NCBI GenBank assembly: GCA_049570475.1
Contig: CP186953.1
Location: 832,001 to 896,000 of the forward strand
Source of the DNA: Candidatus Methanosuratincola verstraetei
GTDB taxonomy: Archaea; Thermoproteota; Methanomethylicia; Methanomethylicales; Methanomethylicaceae
DNA length: 64,000 nucleotides
Reading direction: 5' to 3'
Shown here: piece after piece, positions 48,625 to 58,916 of the stretch
Numbering within the stretch: the first letter of the stretch is position 1
Layout: each line of letters opens with the position of its first letter
Notes under the pieces: model-generated
Seen by the model: the letters and a program-made list of their open reading frames with translations, nothing else
What the model was told of the DNA's origin: nothing
The model's database searches: none
Made by a program: the position numbers and the translations under genes

Positions 48625-49665
48625 TTGTCGCTGCTGAAGGAAGAAGGCGAAGACATAGGGATGAAGGTAATCCAGCTTGAGGAGAAGACGAACAAGCTGG
48701 AGGGAGCCGTGGCAGAAATCTCTAAGGAGACCCGCGCGGTTCTGAGCGACGTCAGGGTGGTGCTGACTGAGCTCGAGAACCCGATGAACTACCTGAAGGG
48801 GCTGGGCATAGACGAAGTAATGCTCACCATGGCGGAGAACATCACCGAGAACAAGCTCAAGGAGTTTATGGAGAAGCGCCTAGAGTCACTCGTCCGCACC
48901 GTCGTCGAGGGCAAGCTCAAGGAGACGGTCAACAACCTGATAGCCGAGTTCATGGAAAAGGAGGCCGGCTCAATAATCGAGGGCAAGGTCAGGGAGATGA
49001 AGGAGAAGGGGATACTGAAGGTCCCCATAGACGTCGAGGAGCTGAGGAAGGCGCTGGACAGCAAGCTGAGCGAGGCTCTGGAATCCGGCGCCCTAGACAG
49101 CCTCGTTGGCAGGGTGAAGGGCGAGCTCTTGGAGTCGCTGAAAGGGGAGATGGGATCGAAGCTCGCGAAGGACAGGCAGACATTGGACTCCCTGAAGGCT
49201 GCGTTGAAGCAGGAGATTCTCGCCGAGATGGCTGCACAGGGGCAGTGCGCAGCGCGTGCCCCCGAAGAAACGCAGGTTGCAAACGCCGCTGCCCAGCCTG
49301 CCCAGCAACAGCAGAGGGAGGCACAGAAGCGCCCAATCTCGATCGTCGGCACTACGGCCTGCGCTGCCGCGCTGGTGAGGATCTTCGGCAGGAGGGGCGC
49401 TGAGCGGGTCGTGGACGACAACTACAGGCTCGGCAGGATCAACGAGGACGCCAGGTCCTCGCTAATGAGGGCGATCAGCATAATGTGCGCGAGCGATCCG
49501 GTCGACGTCCCCTACGAGAGGGAGTGCACCGTCGAGGAGCACCTCCTGGTGACCTACATGTTCGAGAGGCTTGGCAACGGCGGCAGCGACCTGGACTTCA
49601 TGGTCCTTACAAATCTCCTCGGCAACAGCTCGCCAGCAAAGGGAAGGGGAGGCATAAAAGACTGA
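48625..49665 (+). CDS. ArlC/D/E-like archaellum accessory protein (divergent fusion)
   Basis: N-terminal coiled coil ending ELENPMN, long helical middle, C-terminal domain with ArlD/E-like Y..G.I and EEHL pattern; sits between arlB and arlG. Confidence 0.6.
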   Translation: MSLLKEEGEDIGMKVIQLEEKTNKLEGAVAEISKETRAVLSDVRVVLTELENPMNYLKGLGIDEVMLTMAENITENKLKEFMEKRLESLVRTVVEGKLKETVNNLIAEFMEKEAGSIIEGKVREMKEKGILKVPIDVEELRKALDSKLSEALESGALDSLVGRVKGELLESLKGEMGSKLAKDRQTLDSLKAALKQEILAEMAAQGQCAARAPEETQVANAAAQPAQQQQREAQKRPISIVGTTACAAALVRIFGRRGAERVVDDNYRLGRINEDARSSLMRAISIMCASDPVDVPYERECTVEEHLLVTYMFERLGNGGSDLDFMVLTNLLGNSSPAKGRGGIKD

Positions 49666-49701
49666 TAGGAAATTTCGCAGATACAGCAGGGTGGTAACGG
49701 G

Positions 49702-50181
49702 TTGAGCTCGGTCCTGACCGAAGGCATACTCACGATAGCGGTTGTTATAGCGGCTTCGACGGTAGCTGCGGTCTTCGTGCAGAGCTCCTACCAGCTGAAC
49801 CAAGCGCAGAGCTCCTACTTCGCGATGGCTAGCGACTCCGCGTCGACCGCCGTGAGGGTGGTCTTCGCGATAAACTCCTCGGAGAGGGGGATCACGGCTT
49901 GGGTTAAGAACACGGGCAGGAGCTACTTCAGCGAGGGGCAGATCAGGCAGTTTGACGTCTTCGCTGGGCCAGCAGGCGCCCCCAAGTACATCCCGTACAA
50001 CGGAACCTTCTCCGGATGGTCCTTCTCGATCGCCAGCGACTACGATAGCGACGGCAACCTAGACCCAGGTGAAACGCTCCAGATATCGATCTGGCTCGAC
50101 TACAGCGTCTCGGCAGGGGATTACGTTGTCAAGGTGGTCACGCACAATGGCATATCCGACACTTACCAGCTCTCGCTTTAG
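49702..50181 (+). CDS. arlG: Archaellum stator protein G
   Basis: N-terminal TM, WVKNTG, DPGET; gene order. Confidence 0.8.
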   Translation: MSSVLTEGILTIAVVIAASTVAAVFVQSSYQLNQAQSSYFAMASDSASTAVRVVFAINSSERGITAWVKNTGRSYFSEGQIRQFDVFAGPAGAPKYIPYNGTFSGWSFSIASDYDSDGNLDPGETLQISIWLDYSVSAGDYVVKVVTHNGISDTYQLSL

Positions 50182-50196
50182 AGGAGGCATCCTGGC

Positions 50197-50709
50197 TTGA
50201 GCGGGTTCGGCGGGGCTTTTGCAGCCGCAATGGTCGGGGTGGTCTTCGTGGTCGCCATGTCCTCGATGGCTTCGATGACCGTCTCCTACATGGGTCTATA
50301 CCAGAAGCTCGAGGCCCCGACACCGGATCGGGTCTCAATCTCGATAGACGGGGGGAGGATCGCCTCCGGGGGCACCGAGCTTCTCGTCAATATGACCCTC
50401 CTCGCAGGATCCGACCCAATGAGCCTCAGGGACCTCGCCCGGTCGGATGCGTTCATAGTTTACTCGAGCGGAGGGGATCGGGTCTTCGAGCGGGTTGGTT
50501 ACGGAGAAGGATGGAGGATCCTGGCGGTAACGGTCGGGGGGCAGCCCGAGCTGGTCAGCCCAATCCGTGGATCCAGCGGGATGTGGGATCCTGGCGAGAC
50601 CATAGAGATGTCGGTCTCACCTTCCATGCCAGTCGACGCGGGATCCCCCTGGCTCTTCAAGTTCGCGACAGCTGGAGGCGGAGTTTTTTCGATGACATTC
50701 GGGGGATGA
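50197..50709 (+). CDS. arlF: Archaellum stator protein F
   Basis: MSGF+TM start, WDPGET, AT.GG; gene order. Confidence 0.75.
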   Translation: MSGFGGAFAAAMVGVVFVVAMSSMASMTVSYMGLYQKLEAPTPDRVSISIDGGRIASGGTELLVNMTLLAGSDPMSLRDLARSDAFIVYSSGGDRVFERVGYGEGWRILAVTVGGQPELVSPIRGSSGMWDPGETIEMSVSPSMPVDAGSPWLFKFATAGGGVFSMTFGG

Positions 50710-50828
50710 TCCTTTGAGCATTGGCATCTGCGGATTGTACCTGCCAGCAGGGCTGCGGAACCTTGGTTGTGCAGCGGCGCGGTCGGACTTGCTTGGCGTG
50801 GATAAAAGAGGCATTGGGGGTGAATGAA

Positions 50829-51551
50829 ATGGGGGCGCCTTCAGAACAGCAGGCAATGATAAGGATGGGTACAGGCGAGCTTGACCGCCTCATAGGCGGC
50901 ATACCGATGCCGTCAATGAACCTCCTCGAGGGCGAGAATGACACAGGGAAGAGCGTCTTCGCCCAGGACGTAGCATGGGGCGCCCTCAGCTCTGGGCTGA
51001 CCGTCCGGTACGTCACCACTGAGATGACCGTGCAGTCGCTGGTATCGCAGATGGAGAGCCTCTCCTTCTCGGCCAAGCCTCACTTCATACTAGGCAAGTT
51101 CAAGATCACCGCGTTCCACGCGAAGGGGATCAACTGGGACGAGTCAATAGCTTCCAACTACCTCTCGGTAATACTCAACTTCATCAAGAAGAAGGGCGAC
51201 GCGAACCTTGTGATATTCGACTCTCTCACTTACATTGCCACGCACTCGTCGGAGAAGGACCTGCTCAACTTCCTGTCGGAGCTCAGGAACTACGTCGACC
51301 AGCGGGGCAGATGCGTCTTCGTTACGCTGCACCCGTTCGCCTTCGACAATAACCTGCTGATAAGAATAAGGTCGATATGCGACGGTCACATGGTCTTCAA
51401 GGTGAAGACCCTGCCCAGCAACGAGACTGCAAGGACCCTCGAGATACTCAAGCTGAGGGGCGCCGCCAAGGCTACGAACAACCTTTGCACGTTCAAGGTC
51501 GAGCCGGGGATAGGGATCAGGGTGCTGCCGTTCACCCAGGTCAAGGCGTGA
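50829..51551 (+). CDS. arlH: Archaellum KaiC-like ATPase H
   Basis: ELDRLIGGIP, Walker A GENDTGKS, FKVEPGIG. Confidence 0.93.
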   Translation: MGAPSEQQAMIRMGTGELDRLIGGIPMPSMNLLEGENDTGKSVFAQDVAWGALSSGLTVRYVTTEMTVQSLVSQMESLSFSAKPHFILGKFKITAFHAKGINWDESIASNYLSVILNFIKKKGDANLVIFDSLTYIATHSSEKDLLNFLSELRNYVDQRGRCVFVTLHPFAFDNNLLIRIRSICDGHMVFKVKTLPSNETARTLEILKLRGAAKATNNLCTFKVEPGIGIRVLPFTQVKA

Positions 51552-51650
51552 TCGCGGGGTGTTCGATCAGATCACGGGGGCTAATCGAATCGGGGGATTC
51601 TGGATGGTGGGGGGGAGGGGATATGAAAGTTAAAGAGGGGGTCAGCAGCA

Positions 51651-53420
51651 ATGGCTAGCGCAGCAACCCCTCCCCAGGGTCGCGCCGACTCTGGTCTCAA
51701 CTGCAACCTTGCTGCGGAGCTGGGCGTTGAGTTCTCGGAGTACGTCAAGGGTGCCCCCCACCTCCACGAGTACGCCCACAAGGCTAAGAACGACCCTGAG
51801 TTGGCAGGAATACCGCTCCAGTTCAAGAAGACGCTCTCGAGGGACTTGCGCCTCCTCAAGAAATTCAACATAATCTACCCTGCCTCGGACAGGATCTTTG
51901 TCCACGTCTTCAAGGGGACGCGGGACGCCTATGGGAAGTACCGCCCGATCGAGCCAAGGCTACCCCCAGAGAAGAAGGATCTCATCGGGAAAGTCGAAGA
52001 GATGCTCGCCTCAATGATAGACGACGAGACTGCCAAGAAGATATCAGAGCGGCGCGAGGCTATGTTGACCGAGCTGTTCGAGGAGGCCGTCCGTTTGGAG
52101 GGGGCTCCTTCGCCAGCCCCCCAGAAGGGGGAGAAAAAGAGGTCATTCTCGCCGCTTTTCCTCTCGAAGGAGACCTACGAGCAGCTTAAGTACGAGATCC
52201 TGACCGACAAGATCGGGATGGGTCCCCTTGAGCCGCTCATAAAGGACCAGTACATCGAAGACATCTCCTGCGACGGTGTCGGGTCCGTCTTCGTCGAGCA
52301 CAAGATTTTCGGTTCCATGACTACCTCGATAGAGTTCAAGACCGCGGAGGAGCTCGACTCCTTTGTAGTCAAGATGTGCGAGAAGATCGGGCGCCCCGTC
52401 AGCCCTAGGAGGCCTATTGTGGATGCTTCGCTCTTGGACGGATCGCGGCTGAACGTGGTCTTCGGGAATGACGTGAGCAGGCGGGGGAGCAACTTCACCA
52501 TAAGGAAGTTCTCGAAGATACCGCTCAGCATCACCCAGCTGATCAAGTTCGGCACCCTAGATGCAAGAATGGCTGCCTACTTGTGGATGATGCTCGAGTC
52601 TGGGATGTCTATGTTCATCTGCGGTGAGACCGCCTCGGGCAAGACGACCACGCTCAACGCGATCACAGTATTCATCAGACCGAACGCCAAGGTTATAACG
52701 ATCGAGGACACCCCTGAGGTTTACATCCCCCACCCCAACTGGGTGAGCGAGTGCACAAGGCGGGGGGAGTCAGAGTCTTCGTCTATTGAGCTCTTCGACC
52801 TTCTCAAGTCCGCACTCAGGCAGAGGCCGAACTACATTATCGTAGGCGAGATCAGGGGGAAGGAGGGCAACGTGGCGTTCCAGGCCATCCAGACAGGTCA
52901 TCCCGTGATCTCGACCTTCCACGCCGCGTCGATGCAGAAGCTAATCCAGAGGATCACCGGGGACCCGATAAACATCCCTGCTGCGTACGTCGACAACCTG
53001 AACGTCGTCGTATTCCAGAGCAGCGTTAAGAGCCCGAAGACTGGGAAGTTCGAGAGGAGGGTCACCGGGATCTGCGAGATCATCGGTATAGACCCTGTTG
53101 AGAAGTCCTACAACTTCATAGAGATATTCTCCTGGGACCCGGTCACTGACGCGCACACATTCAGGGGAGTGGGGAACAGCTACCTCCTCGAGTACAAGGT
53201 CGCACCGATGAGGGGCCTCTCTCCTAAGGAGACGCGGAAGATATACAATGAGCTCGAGCTCAGGACCTATGTCCTGAAGAAGCTGGTAGAGATGAATGTA
53301 GTCGACTACTACGACGTCTACCACGCTCTATCGAAGGTGTACGAGAACCCGTACCTCGCGGAGATGAATTTCGACAACTTCGCCACGAAGGCGATAGACA
53401 AGATCCTGAAGGGTGAATGA
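51651..53420 (+). CDS. arlI: Archaellum motor ATPase I
   Basis: IEDISCDG, GETASGKT, IEDT.E, LRQRP, GEIRG, QTGH. Confidence 0.95.
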   Translation: MASAATPPQGRADSGLNCNLAAELGVEFSEYVKGAPHLHEYAHKAKNDPELAGIPLQFKKTLSRDLRLLKKFNIIYPASDRIFVHVFKGTRDAYGKYRPIEPRLPPEKKDLIGKVEEMLASMIDDETAKKISERREAMLTELFEEAVRLEGAPSPAPQKGEKKRSFSPLFLSKETYEQLKYEILTDKIGMGPLEPLIKDQYIEDISCDGVGSVFVEHKIFGSMTTSIEFKTAEELDSFVVKMCEKIGRPVSPRRPIVDASLLDGSRLNVVFGNDVSRRGSNFTIRKFSKIPLSITQLIKFGTLDARMAAYLWMMLESGMSMFICGETASGKTTTLNAITVFIRPNAKVITIEDTPEVYIPHPNWVSECTRRGESESSSIELFDLLKSALRQRPNYIIVGEIRGKEGNVAFQAIQTGHPVISTFHAASMQKLIQRITGDPINIPAAYVDNLNVVVFQSSVKSPKTGKFERRVTGICEIIGIDPVEKSYNFIEIFSWDPVTDAHTFRGVGNSYLLEYKVAPMRGLSPKETRKIYNELELRTYVLKKLVEMNVVDYYDVYHALSKVYENPYLAEMNFDNFATKAIDKILKGE

Positions 53421-53449
53421 TGATGGGGGATCCAAAGGGGGTTTGCTAG

Positions 53450-55057
53450 ATGGCGGCTGCTGAGACCAGAGAGATACCAATGTGGATGCCCCAGAAGACC
53501 CAGGAGGAGCTCCAGAAGATAGAGGTTAAGAAGGCTAAGGAGCGCTACAAGTTCTCGCTACGGGATCAGCTCCAGACGCTCCTATACGCCAGAACCAACA
53601 AGAGGATCTGGCACACGATGCCGTTCTTCCTGATGCACATGCTCTCGATCGCCTATGCTGACATCTCTTCACTGCAGCTTGTCAGGTCCAGCTCGCAGAC
53701 CAGGTACGCTCACATCAGCAACCTGATGAAGCGGATCTCGTCTATGGTCGACCTTGGGATAGACCTATCAAGATCCTGCGAGATCGCGAGAAAGGAGATG
53801 AAAGCCCCTTACCTGAGGGACTTTCTCCAGCGATTCGCCCAGATAGCCAAGATGGGAGAGGACATGATCGCTTTCCTTACGAAGGAGTACAACTCGTTCA
53901 TGACGATCTATGCGAGTGAGATGGAGCGTTCACTCACCCGGCTTAAGCGCTTCACCGAGGCTTACAGCGCGATCCTCTCCTCGTCCGTCCTGATCATCCT
54001 CATATTAGTATTCACGAGCGTACTCTGGGGGGCTGGTGTAGAGGCTACGGGGGTCGTTATGCCAGCGATCGTTGGGATATACGGGATATTTGCATTCATA
54101 TTCTACATCTCGTCGCCGAGCGTCAGGCTGATCTCTAGGAACTACATCGACAAGGACTTCGAGGGGACGATAAGGGTCAGCAGGCTCGTCTGGAAGATCT
54201 CGGCTATGATGAACCTATTGGTGGTTGTGCTGCTAACGCTGGGTCTACTGCCAGTGCAAGTAGGTTCACTCGCGGCGGCCTTCTCTGGTCTCCCATCGCT
54301 TCTCATCGGATACCTGGGCATGAAGAGGAACGGGATGATCTCTGCGATCGACGAGCGATTCCCCGAGTTTGTGACCATGCTCACCACTTCGCTCTCTACC
54401 ACAGGGACCTCGCTCACGTATGCCTTCCGCGAAATCTCAAGACTTGACTTCGGGAAGCTCTCGAAATTCATCAAGAGGATGTCATCCAGGCTGGACATCG
54501 GTATAGAGAAGTCAGTAGCCTGGGAGGCGATGAAGAAGGAGACGTCGAGCGAGCTGATAGGGATCCACATCGACGCACTCGCAGACGCTAACAGGCTCGG
54601 CTCCCAGGCAAAGCTCTACGGTCCGCTAATCACCAACTCCTCGATCTTTGTGATAACACTGAGGAGGAGGATAGAGGAGACGTCCGCACTGATGAAGGGG
54701 ATTGTGGTGCCTATGCATCCAATCCTCTGCGCCATCATCGGGCTGATAATGGCAATCCTTACTCAGTTCATACTCATCTTCTCCCAGTTCGAAGAGCAGG
54801 GCCTGCCGGTCATATTTGCCTCCGTGCCTTCGCTGGCCTCGATCGAGGCGTACATATATATCCTCATAACCACGCTTAACTTTGTCAACGCAATAGTCCT
54901 GCATGAGATATCTGGGGAGCAGGAGTTCAACCTGCCTTTCTACTTGGGTCTGTTCATGTTCACCGGGTGGATCACCTACCTCGTGTGTTTCACCTCGGTC
55001 TCGGCTTACTTGGAAAGCATAGGGCTTGGGAGGATGATCAATGTTGTTGGCTTCTGA
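53450..55057 (+). CDS. arlJ: Archaellum membrane platform protein J
   Basis: Two GspF-like cytoplasmic domains with TM bundles (DERFPEF, DFGKL); follows arlI. Confidence 0.88.
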   Translation: MAAAETREIPMWMPQKTQEELQKIEVKKAKERYKFSLRDQLQTLLYARTNKRIWHTMPFFLMHMLSIAYADISSLQLVRSSSQTRYAHISNLMKRISSMVDLGIDLSRSCEIARKEMKAPYLRDFLQRFAQIAKMGEDMIAFLTKEYNSFMTIYASEMERSLTRLKRFTEAYSAILSSSVLIILILVFTSVLWGAGVEATGVVMPAIVGIYGIFAFIFYISSPSVRLISRNYIDKDFEGTIRVSRLVWKISAMMNLLVVVLLTLGLLPVQVGSLAAAFSGLPSLLIGYLGMKRNGMISAIDERFPEFVTMLTTSLSTTGTSLTYAFREISRLDFGKLSKFIKRMSSRLDIGIEKSVAWEAMKKETSSELIGIHIDALADANRLGSQAKLYGPLITNSSIFVITLRRRIEETSALMKGIVVPMHPILCAIIGLIMAILTQFILIFSQFEEQGLPVIFASVPSLASIEAYIYILITTLNFVNAIVLHEISGEQEFNLPFYLGLFMFTGWITYLVCFTSVSAYLESIGLGRMINVVGF

Positions 55058-55106
55058 GATCGCCAGATTTCACCTTTGTTCAGTGGAGTTCAAGGAGGTG
55101 TTTTGA

Positions 55107-56267
55107 ATGGACCTGCAGTGGATCAATTCACTGGTGCTGCCACTTCTGCTCCTTATTGGAACCATGGCTGCGTTCATAATGGTGCTGATGCTCCTAATCG
55201 ACACAATCTCCTTTTACAGGCGCAGGCTCAAAAGGAACCGACCCGAAGCCCTCCCATCTCCAGCTCCAGCCGGCGACGGGACCCAAAAGACAACTGCTGC
55301 GCAGGCTGGCACTGTTGAGTACGGAGAGGAAGTCGAACAAGGTCGTGAGGCACTGGTTCGCGACCAGGTCCCAGCCCGGAAGAAGAGGATTACCCGAATT
55401 CTGGCCCGATTCATTAACTTCCGATCAGGGAAATCAAAAACCAAAATAGATTCAATTGAACTGGCACCTCCATCTGCCCCGATCCTGCCCGAGACCCCTG
55501 CTGACGCTCAACCGATCGCCTCCGTCCAACCGCCCGCCGCAACGGACTCGGCTGTAGCTGATACTGCGGCAAAAGGCCAATCTGCGGTCTCATCGGAACC
55601 TACCTCAGCCGTGCAGGAATCGGATCAATCGGCGCCAGGGACAAAGGCACCATCTGAACCATCGGAAAGAACTGCCTCGATTGGTGGATCAGCCCCCGCC
55701 TCCGCAAAGACCGGGGACCAATCCGCGACCGAAGCCGATAAAAAGCCCCAGGAAGGTCCCCCTGAAGGGAAAGAGGGGGAAAATGACGCTCCTAAAATAA
55801 AGCTCAAGCCCTTGGCAAGCCTTGAAGAGGCCCGGAAAATCATTGAATCAAAGGCTGCATCCAAGACAACCGAAAGCAAAGCCAAGCCTGTGGTCGAAAC
55901 CGACGATGTAGCATCCCTGCTCGGCATAGCCTCTCCAGCAGGAGAAAAGGCTCAGGATCCAAGTCAGGGTGAAGGCGCCATCCCCAGTAAAGCAACAGAG
56001 GCACCGGCAAACAAGGCATCGATTACTGGTGCTGCCACAGAAGCCCTTGAAGTGATGTCGAATCAGGAGCCGGGAGCTAATTCGGGCGGCGAAAAAAGTG
56101 CTGCCAACGAACCAAAAGGAGACGACGGAGAAGATTTGACTGCTGCGGAAATACTCATGATGAACAGCGGAGAGGACGAGATCCTTGTTTTGTCCAAGCA
56201 ACTTTTTGAGCTCAAGTCATCGCTCGTTCAGCTCGAGAAAAAGCTAAAGAGCCTGAAGGAAAAGTGA
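55107..56267 (+). CDS. Hypothetical: N-terminal TM anchor, long low-complexity linker, C-terminal coiled coil
   Basis: GGAGGTG SD; TM followed by RRRLKR; A/P/S/E/T-rich middle; heptad LSKQLFELKSSLVQLEKKLKSL. Confidence 0.75.
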   Translation: MDLQWINSLVLPLLLLIGTMAAFIMVLMLLIDTISFYRRRLKRNRPEALPSPAPAGDGTQKTTAAQAGTVEYGEEVEQGREALVRDQVPARKKRITRILARFINFRSGKSKTKIDSIELAPPSAPILPETPADAQPIASVQPPAATDSAVADTAAKGQSAVSSEPTSAVQESDQSAPGTKAPSEPSERTASIGGSAPASAKTGDQSATEADKKPQEGPPEGKEGENDAPKIKLKPLASLEEARKIIESKAASKTTESKAKPVVETDDVASLLGIASPAGEKAQDPSQGEGAIPSKATEAPANKASITGAATEALEVMSNQEPGANSGGEKSAANEPKGDDGEDLTAAEILMMNSGEDEILVLSKQLFELKSSLVQLEKKLKSLKEK

Positions 56268-56437
56268 CACCGTAAAACTCATCACTTCCTAAAAAAACAT
56301 GACCATGCCTCAGCACAGGAAGGTGGTCTACTTACATTGAAACCTGGCCTCCCTCGAGAATCTACCCTTTCCAAAAATTGTTTCAAGGTAGAACTCCAAT
56401 ACAGATTTCGCAATCCTTATTAAAATGGTTTTCGGTT

Positions 56438-57388
56438 TCAGATCTTTTGGCTGCCTGGCGAGAGTTGTGATGTTTTCTGTACCCTCCGGTATATCCTCAG
56501 CCTGGGGTCATAGGGCTCCAGCAGCAAGCCGTTGTTGGAAAAGATCACCTCATTCATCCCGAGCACAAGGAACCCGCCTTGAACGAGCGCGAACGAAAGT
56601 TTTTCCAGGATCTTTTTCTGCATCTCGGAGGAGACATATATCAGAACATTCCTGCATAGTATCAAGTCCATAAAGGGCAGTGGCGGGTCCTTGAACAGGT
56701 CGTGTATCCTGAACCTGACCGCATTTTTGACCTCCTCCCTTACGGAATACTTCTTGCCAATATGTTGAGACGCCAAGTTGTCCGGCGCCGCATCTAGACC
56801 CCTTTCCGCAGCAAGGGGAAACGACAGGTTGGCTGCCCGGTCCCCGCTTTCCTGATTACTGATGAAGTATTTCGCCAGAAGGGTCGAGGGAACCTTCTTC
56901 ATCGCAGCCTGAGGATAGATGCCCAATGATCCCTTGTTAAGGGCGTCGCGGTCTACATCTGTCGCTACCACTGTCGGCTTGCCTTCCTTAATGCCGCTCT
57001 CTCTCATCGCTTCGAGCGCAACTATGGCAGCGGTATATGCCTCCTCGCCGCAGGAGCAACCGGCACTCCATATCCTCAGGGTTGGCGGCAACCCTGACTC
57101 AGCCTTCTCCTTGAGCTTCTCTCTCATAGCCCTGCGGATCCCTTCCCAAACCGGCGGATCCCTGTAGAACTCTGAAACGTTGATCGAAATGCTGTCCACA
57201 AGTGCCTTCGCCTCAGCATTGTCCCTCATTAGCAGCCCCAAGTATTCATTGGGCGTGGAACTCTTTGTCAATGCCATCCTTGCGCATATTCTTCTCTTCA
57301 GGAAATCGGCCTTGTAGCCGTCTACTTTTACTCCGCGAGACAAAAGAAATCTTACCAACTCGATCAGTTCTGCATCATTTATGTTCAA
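56438..57388 (-). CDS. cheR: Chemotaxis methyltransferase
   Basis: INVSEFYRD, IWSAGCSCGEE.Y, DLILCRNVLIY. Confidence 0.95.
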   Translation of the reverse strand: MNINDAELIELVRFLLSRGVKVDGYKADFLKRRICARMALTKSSTPNEYLGLLMRDNAEAKALVDSISINVSEFYRDPPVWEGIRRAMREKLKEKAESGLPPTLRIWSAGCSCGEEAYTAAIVALEAMRESGIKEGKPTVVATDVDRDALNKGSLGIYPQAAMKKVPSTLLAKYFISNQESGDRAANLSFPLAAERGLDAAPDNLASQHIGKKYSVREEVKNAVRFRIHDLFKDPPLPFMDLILCRNVLIYVSSEMQKKILEKLSFALVQGGFLVLGMNEVIFSNNGLLLEPYDPRLRIYRRVQKTSQLSPGSQKI

Positions 57389-57458
57389 GTTCCATCCCTC
57401 CGTCCACTATATTTGACGCCTCTAATCTCTGAAAAATAGTTGCTGAGCCGTCGATGAT

Positions 57459-57965
57459 CTATACCTTCTCTATGGCCTCTATCCCCTGCACTATTGAGGG
57501 CTGCGAAACCATTACCAAAACTCTCCCTGTCCGAACGTCAAAAACGAGGCTCCTTCCGCGCCTGCCATCGACTTCTTCGATCAAGATCGGTATGCCGAGG
57601 GTCTTTAGGTACGACTTTGCAAAGTCAATATTCCTCTTACCTATCGCAAGTTCTCCCCCTAAGTTGAAAATTGTGCCTCCTCCAACCAGTCCTGAAACCA
57701 GCATTCCTCTATCTCCCCCTGCTTCGGTTACTTTGCTCAGCAGCATATCAATTCCGTAGTCTAAATATTTTGGAAAGGCTTTACCCTTGCCTGTCGGCAG
57801 CATGCCATGCAAAAGCCCCCCAATCCTGTTGAAAGGATCGTAAAGTAACACCGCTAGGCAGGATCCAAGTGCAAGTGTAGAGAGGGGCAAGTCCCTAGAA
57901 ACACCAAACTCGCCCATGCCCACCAACAGGCTGCCCTTCACCAAATCCCTTATGCTATCTACCAA
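57459..57965 (-). CDS. cheD: Chemoreceptor glutamine deamidase
   Basis: VGMGE, LGSC, H.MLP, IGKRN, GR. Confidence 0.92.
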   Translation of the reverse strand: MVDSIRDLVKGSLLVGMGEFGVSRDLPLSTLALGSCLAVLLYDPFNRIGGLLHGMLPTGKGKAFPKYLDYGIDMLLSKVTEAGGDRGMLVSGLVGGGTIFNLGGELAIGKRNIDFAKSYLKTLGIPILIEEVDGRRGRSLVFDVRTGRVLVMVSQPSIVQGIEAIEKV

Positions 57966-57966
57966 C

Positions 57967-58509
57967 TCAAGTTTGAGGCTGATCTTGATCACCGTCTTTG
58001 AACATAATCAGTTTGATCTTTATGGGGGGCAGCTCGGACAAGAAGTTCATCTCAATCTGATCTGTGTTACAATCAGAGACTATTGCTGTAATCGCATCGG
58101 TCAAGGCACTGGGCATGTCTACTGCCACGAGAGGTATCGTGTAGTCTATCCTCGCACCCATCTTCCTGCCAATCTCGGATGCAAAAGCGCCGATCGCTAT
58201 GTTGCAAAACTCCTGCATTGCTGATTGCTTGAAATCATCAAAGTTGAATATGTGATCGTTAATGAGCGAGTTCATCATCTCGTCCGCACTCGCAAAGTCT
58301 ATCACCATCAACATATAGGCATTTATCGGCCTTCCTATCCTCGAGAGGATGCCAATGTAATAGAGGTCTTCGTCCAAGTCTTTCATTATCCAGTCGGGTC
58401 TGCCCTTTCCTATTTTGACCGCAAATCGAAAATCAATGCGGAGGATCTCCTCGATTGCAGATTTGACCTTTTCCGCCAGTTCTTCGTCGAAGATCGCCAT
58501 TTGGGCCAA
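57967..58509 (-). CDS. cheC: CheC-family phosphatase
   Basis: SAMQEFCNI (E-x2-N) motif; adjacent to cheD. Confidence 0.8.
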   Translation of the reverse strand: MAQMAIFDEELAEKVKSAIEEILRIDFRFAVKIGKGRPDWIMKDLDEDLYYIGILSRIGRPINAYMLMVIDFASADEMMNSLINDHIFNFDDFKQSAMQEFCNIAIGAFASEIGRKMGARIDYTIPLVAVDMPSALTDAITAIVSDCNTDQIEMNFLSELPPIKIKLIMFKDGDQDQPQT

Positions 58510-58527
58510 TGTTTATCCCGCCTCCAG

Positions 58528-58899
58528 TCATCTTCTCATTAATAGAGCCGTATTGATTGTCCTGAAGAGCTCTTCCCGCCTAAAAGGCTTGGCAATGAAG
58601 TGCTTCACTCCTATCTTCTTAGCCTCTTCCTTTGCCCATTCCTGATCGATGGCAGTCAACATCACTACTTCTGATTTCGGATCTATCGAGAGGATCTCCC
58701 TAGCTGCATCTATTCCGTTCTTCTTAGGCATGTTTATGTCCATCAATACTAAGCTCGGAAGCTTTTCTATGAATTTGGCAACAGCCTCCTCGCCATCCTT
58801 AGCTTCTATTACCGGGTAAATCCCTCCCTGCAGTAGCGTGTCGCATATAAGCTTTCTCATGAATGCGGAGTCATCCACAACAAGGACCGGGCGGTCCAT
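58528..58899 (-). CDS. cheY: Chemotaxis response regulator
   Basis: VDDSAFMR, MDINMP, LTA, KPF. Confidence 0.93.
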   Translation of the reverse strand: MDRPVLVVDDSAFMRKLICDTLLQGGIYPVIEAKDGEEAVAKFIEKLPSLVLMDINMPKKNGIDAAREILSIDPKSEVVMLTAIDQEWAKEEAKKIGVKHFIAKPFRREELFRTINTALLMRR

Positions 58900-58916
58900 A
58901 GATCGCAACCTCGTGA

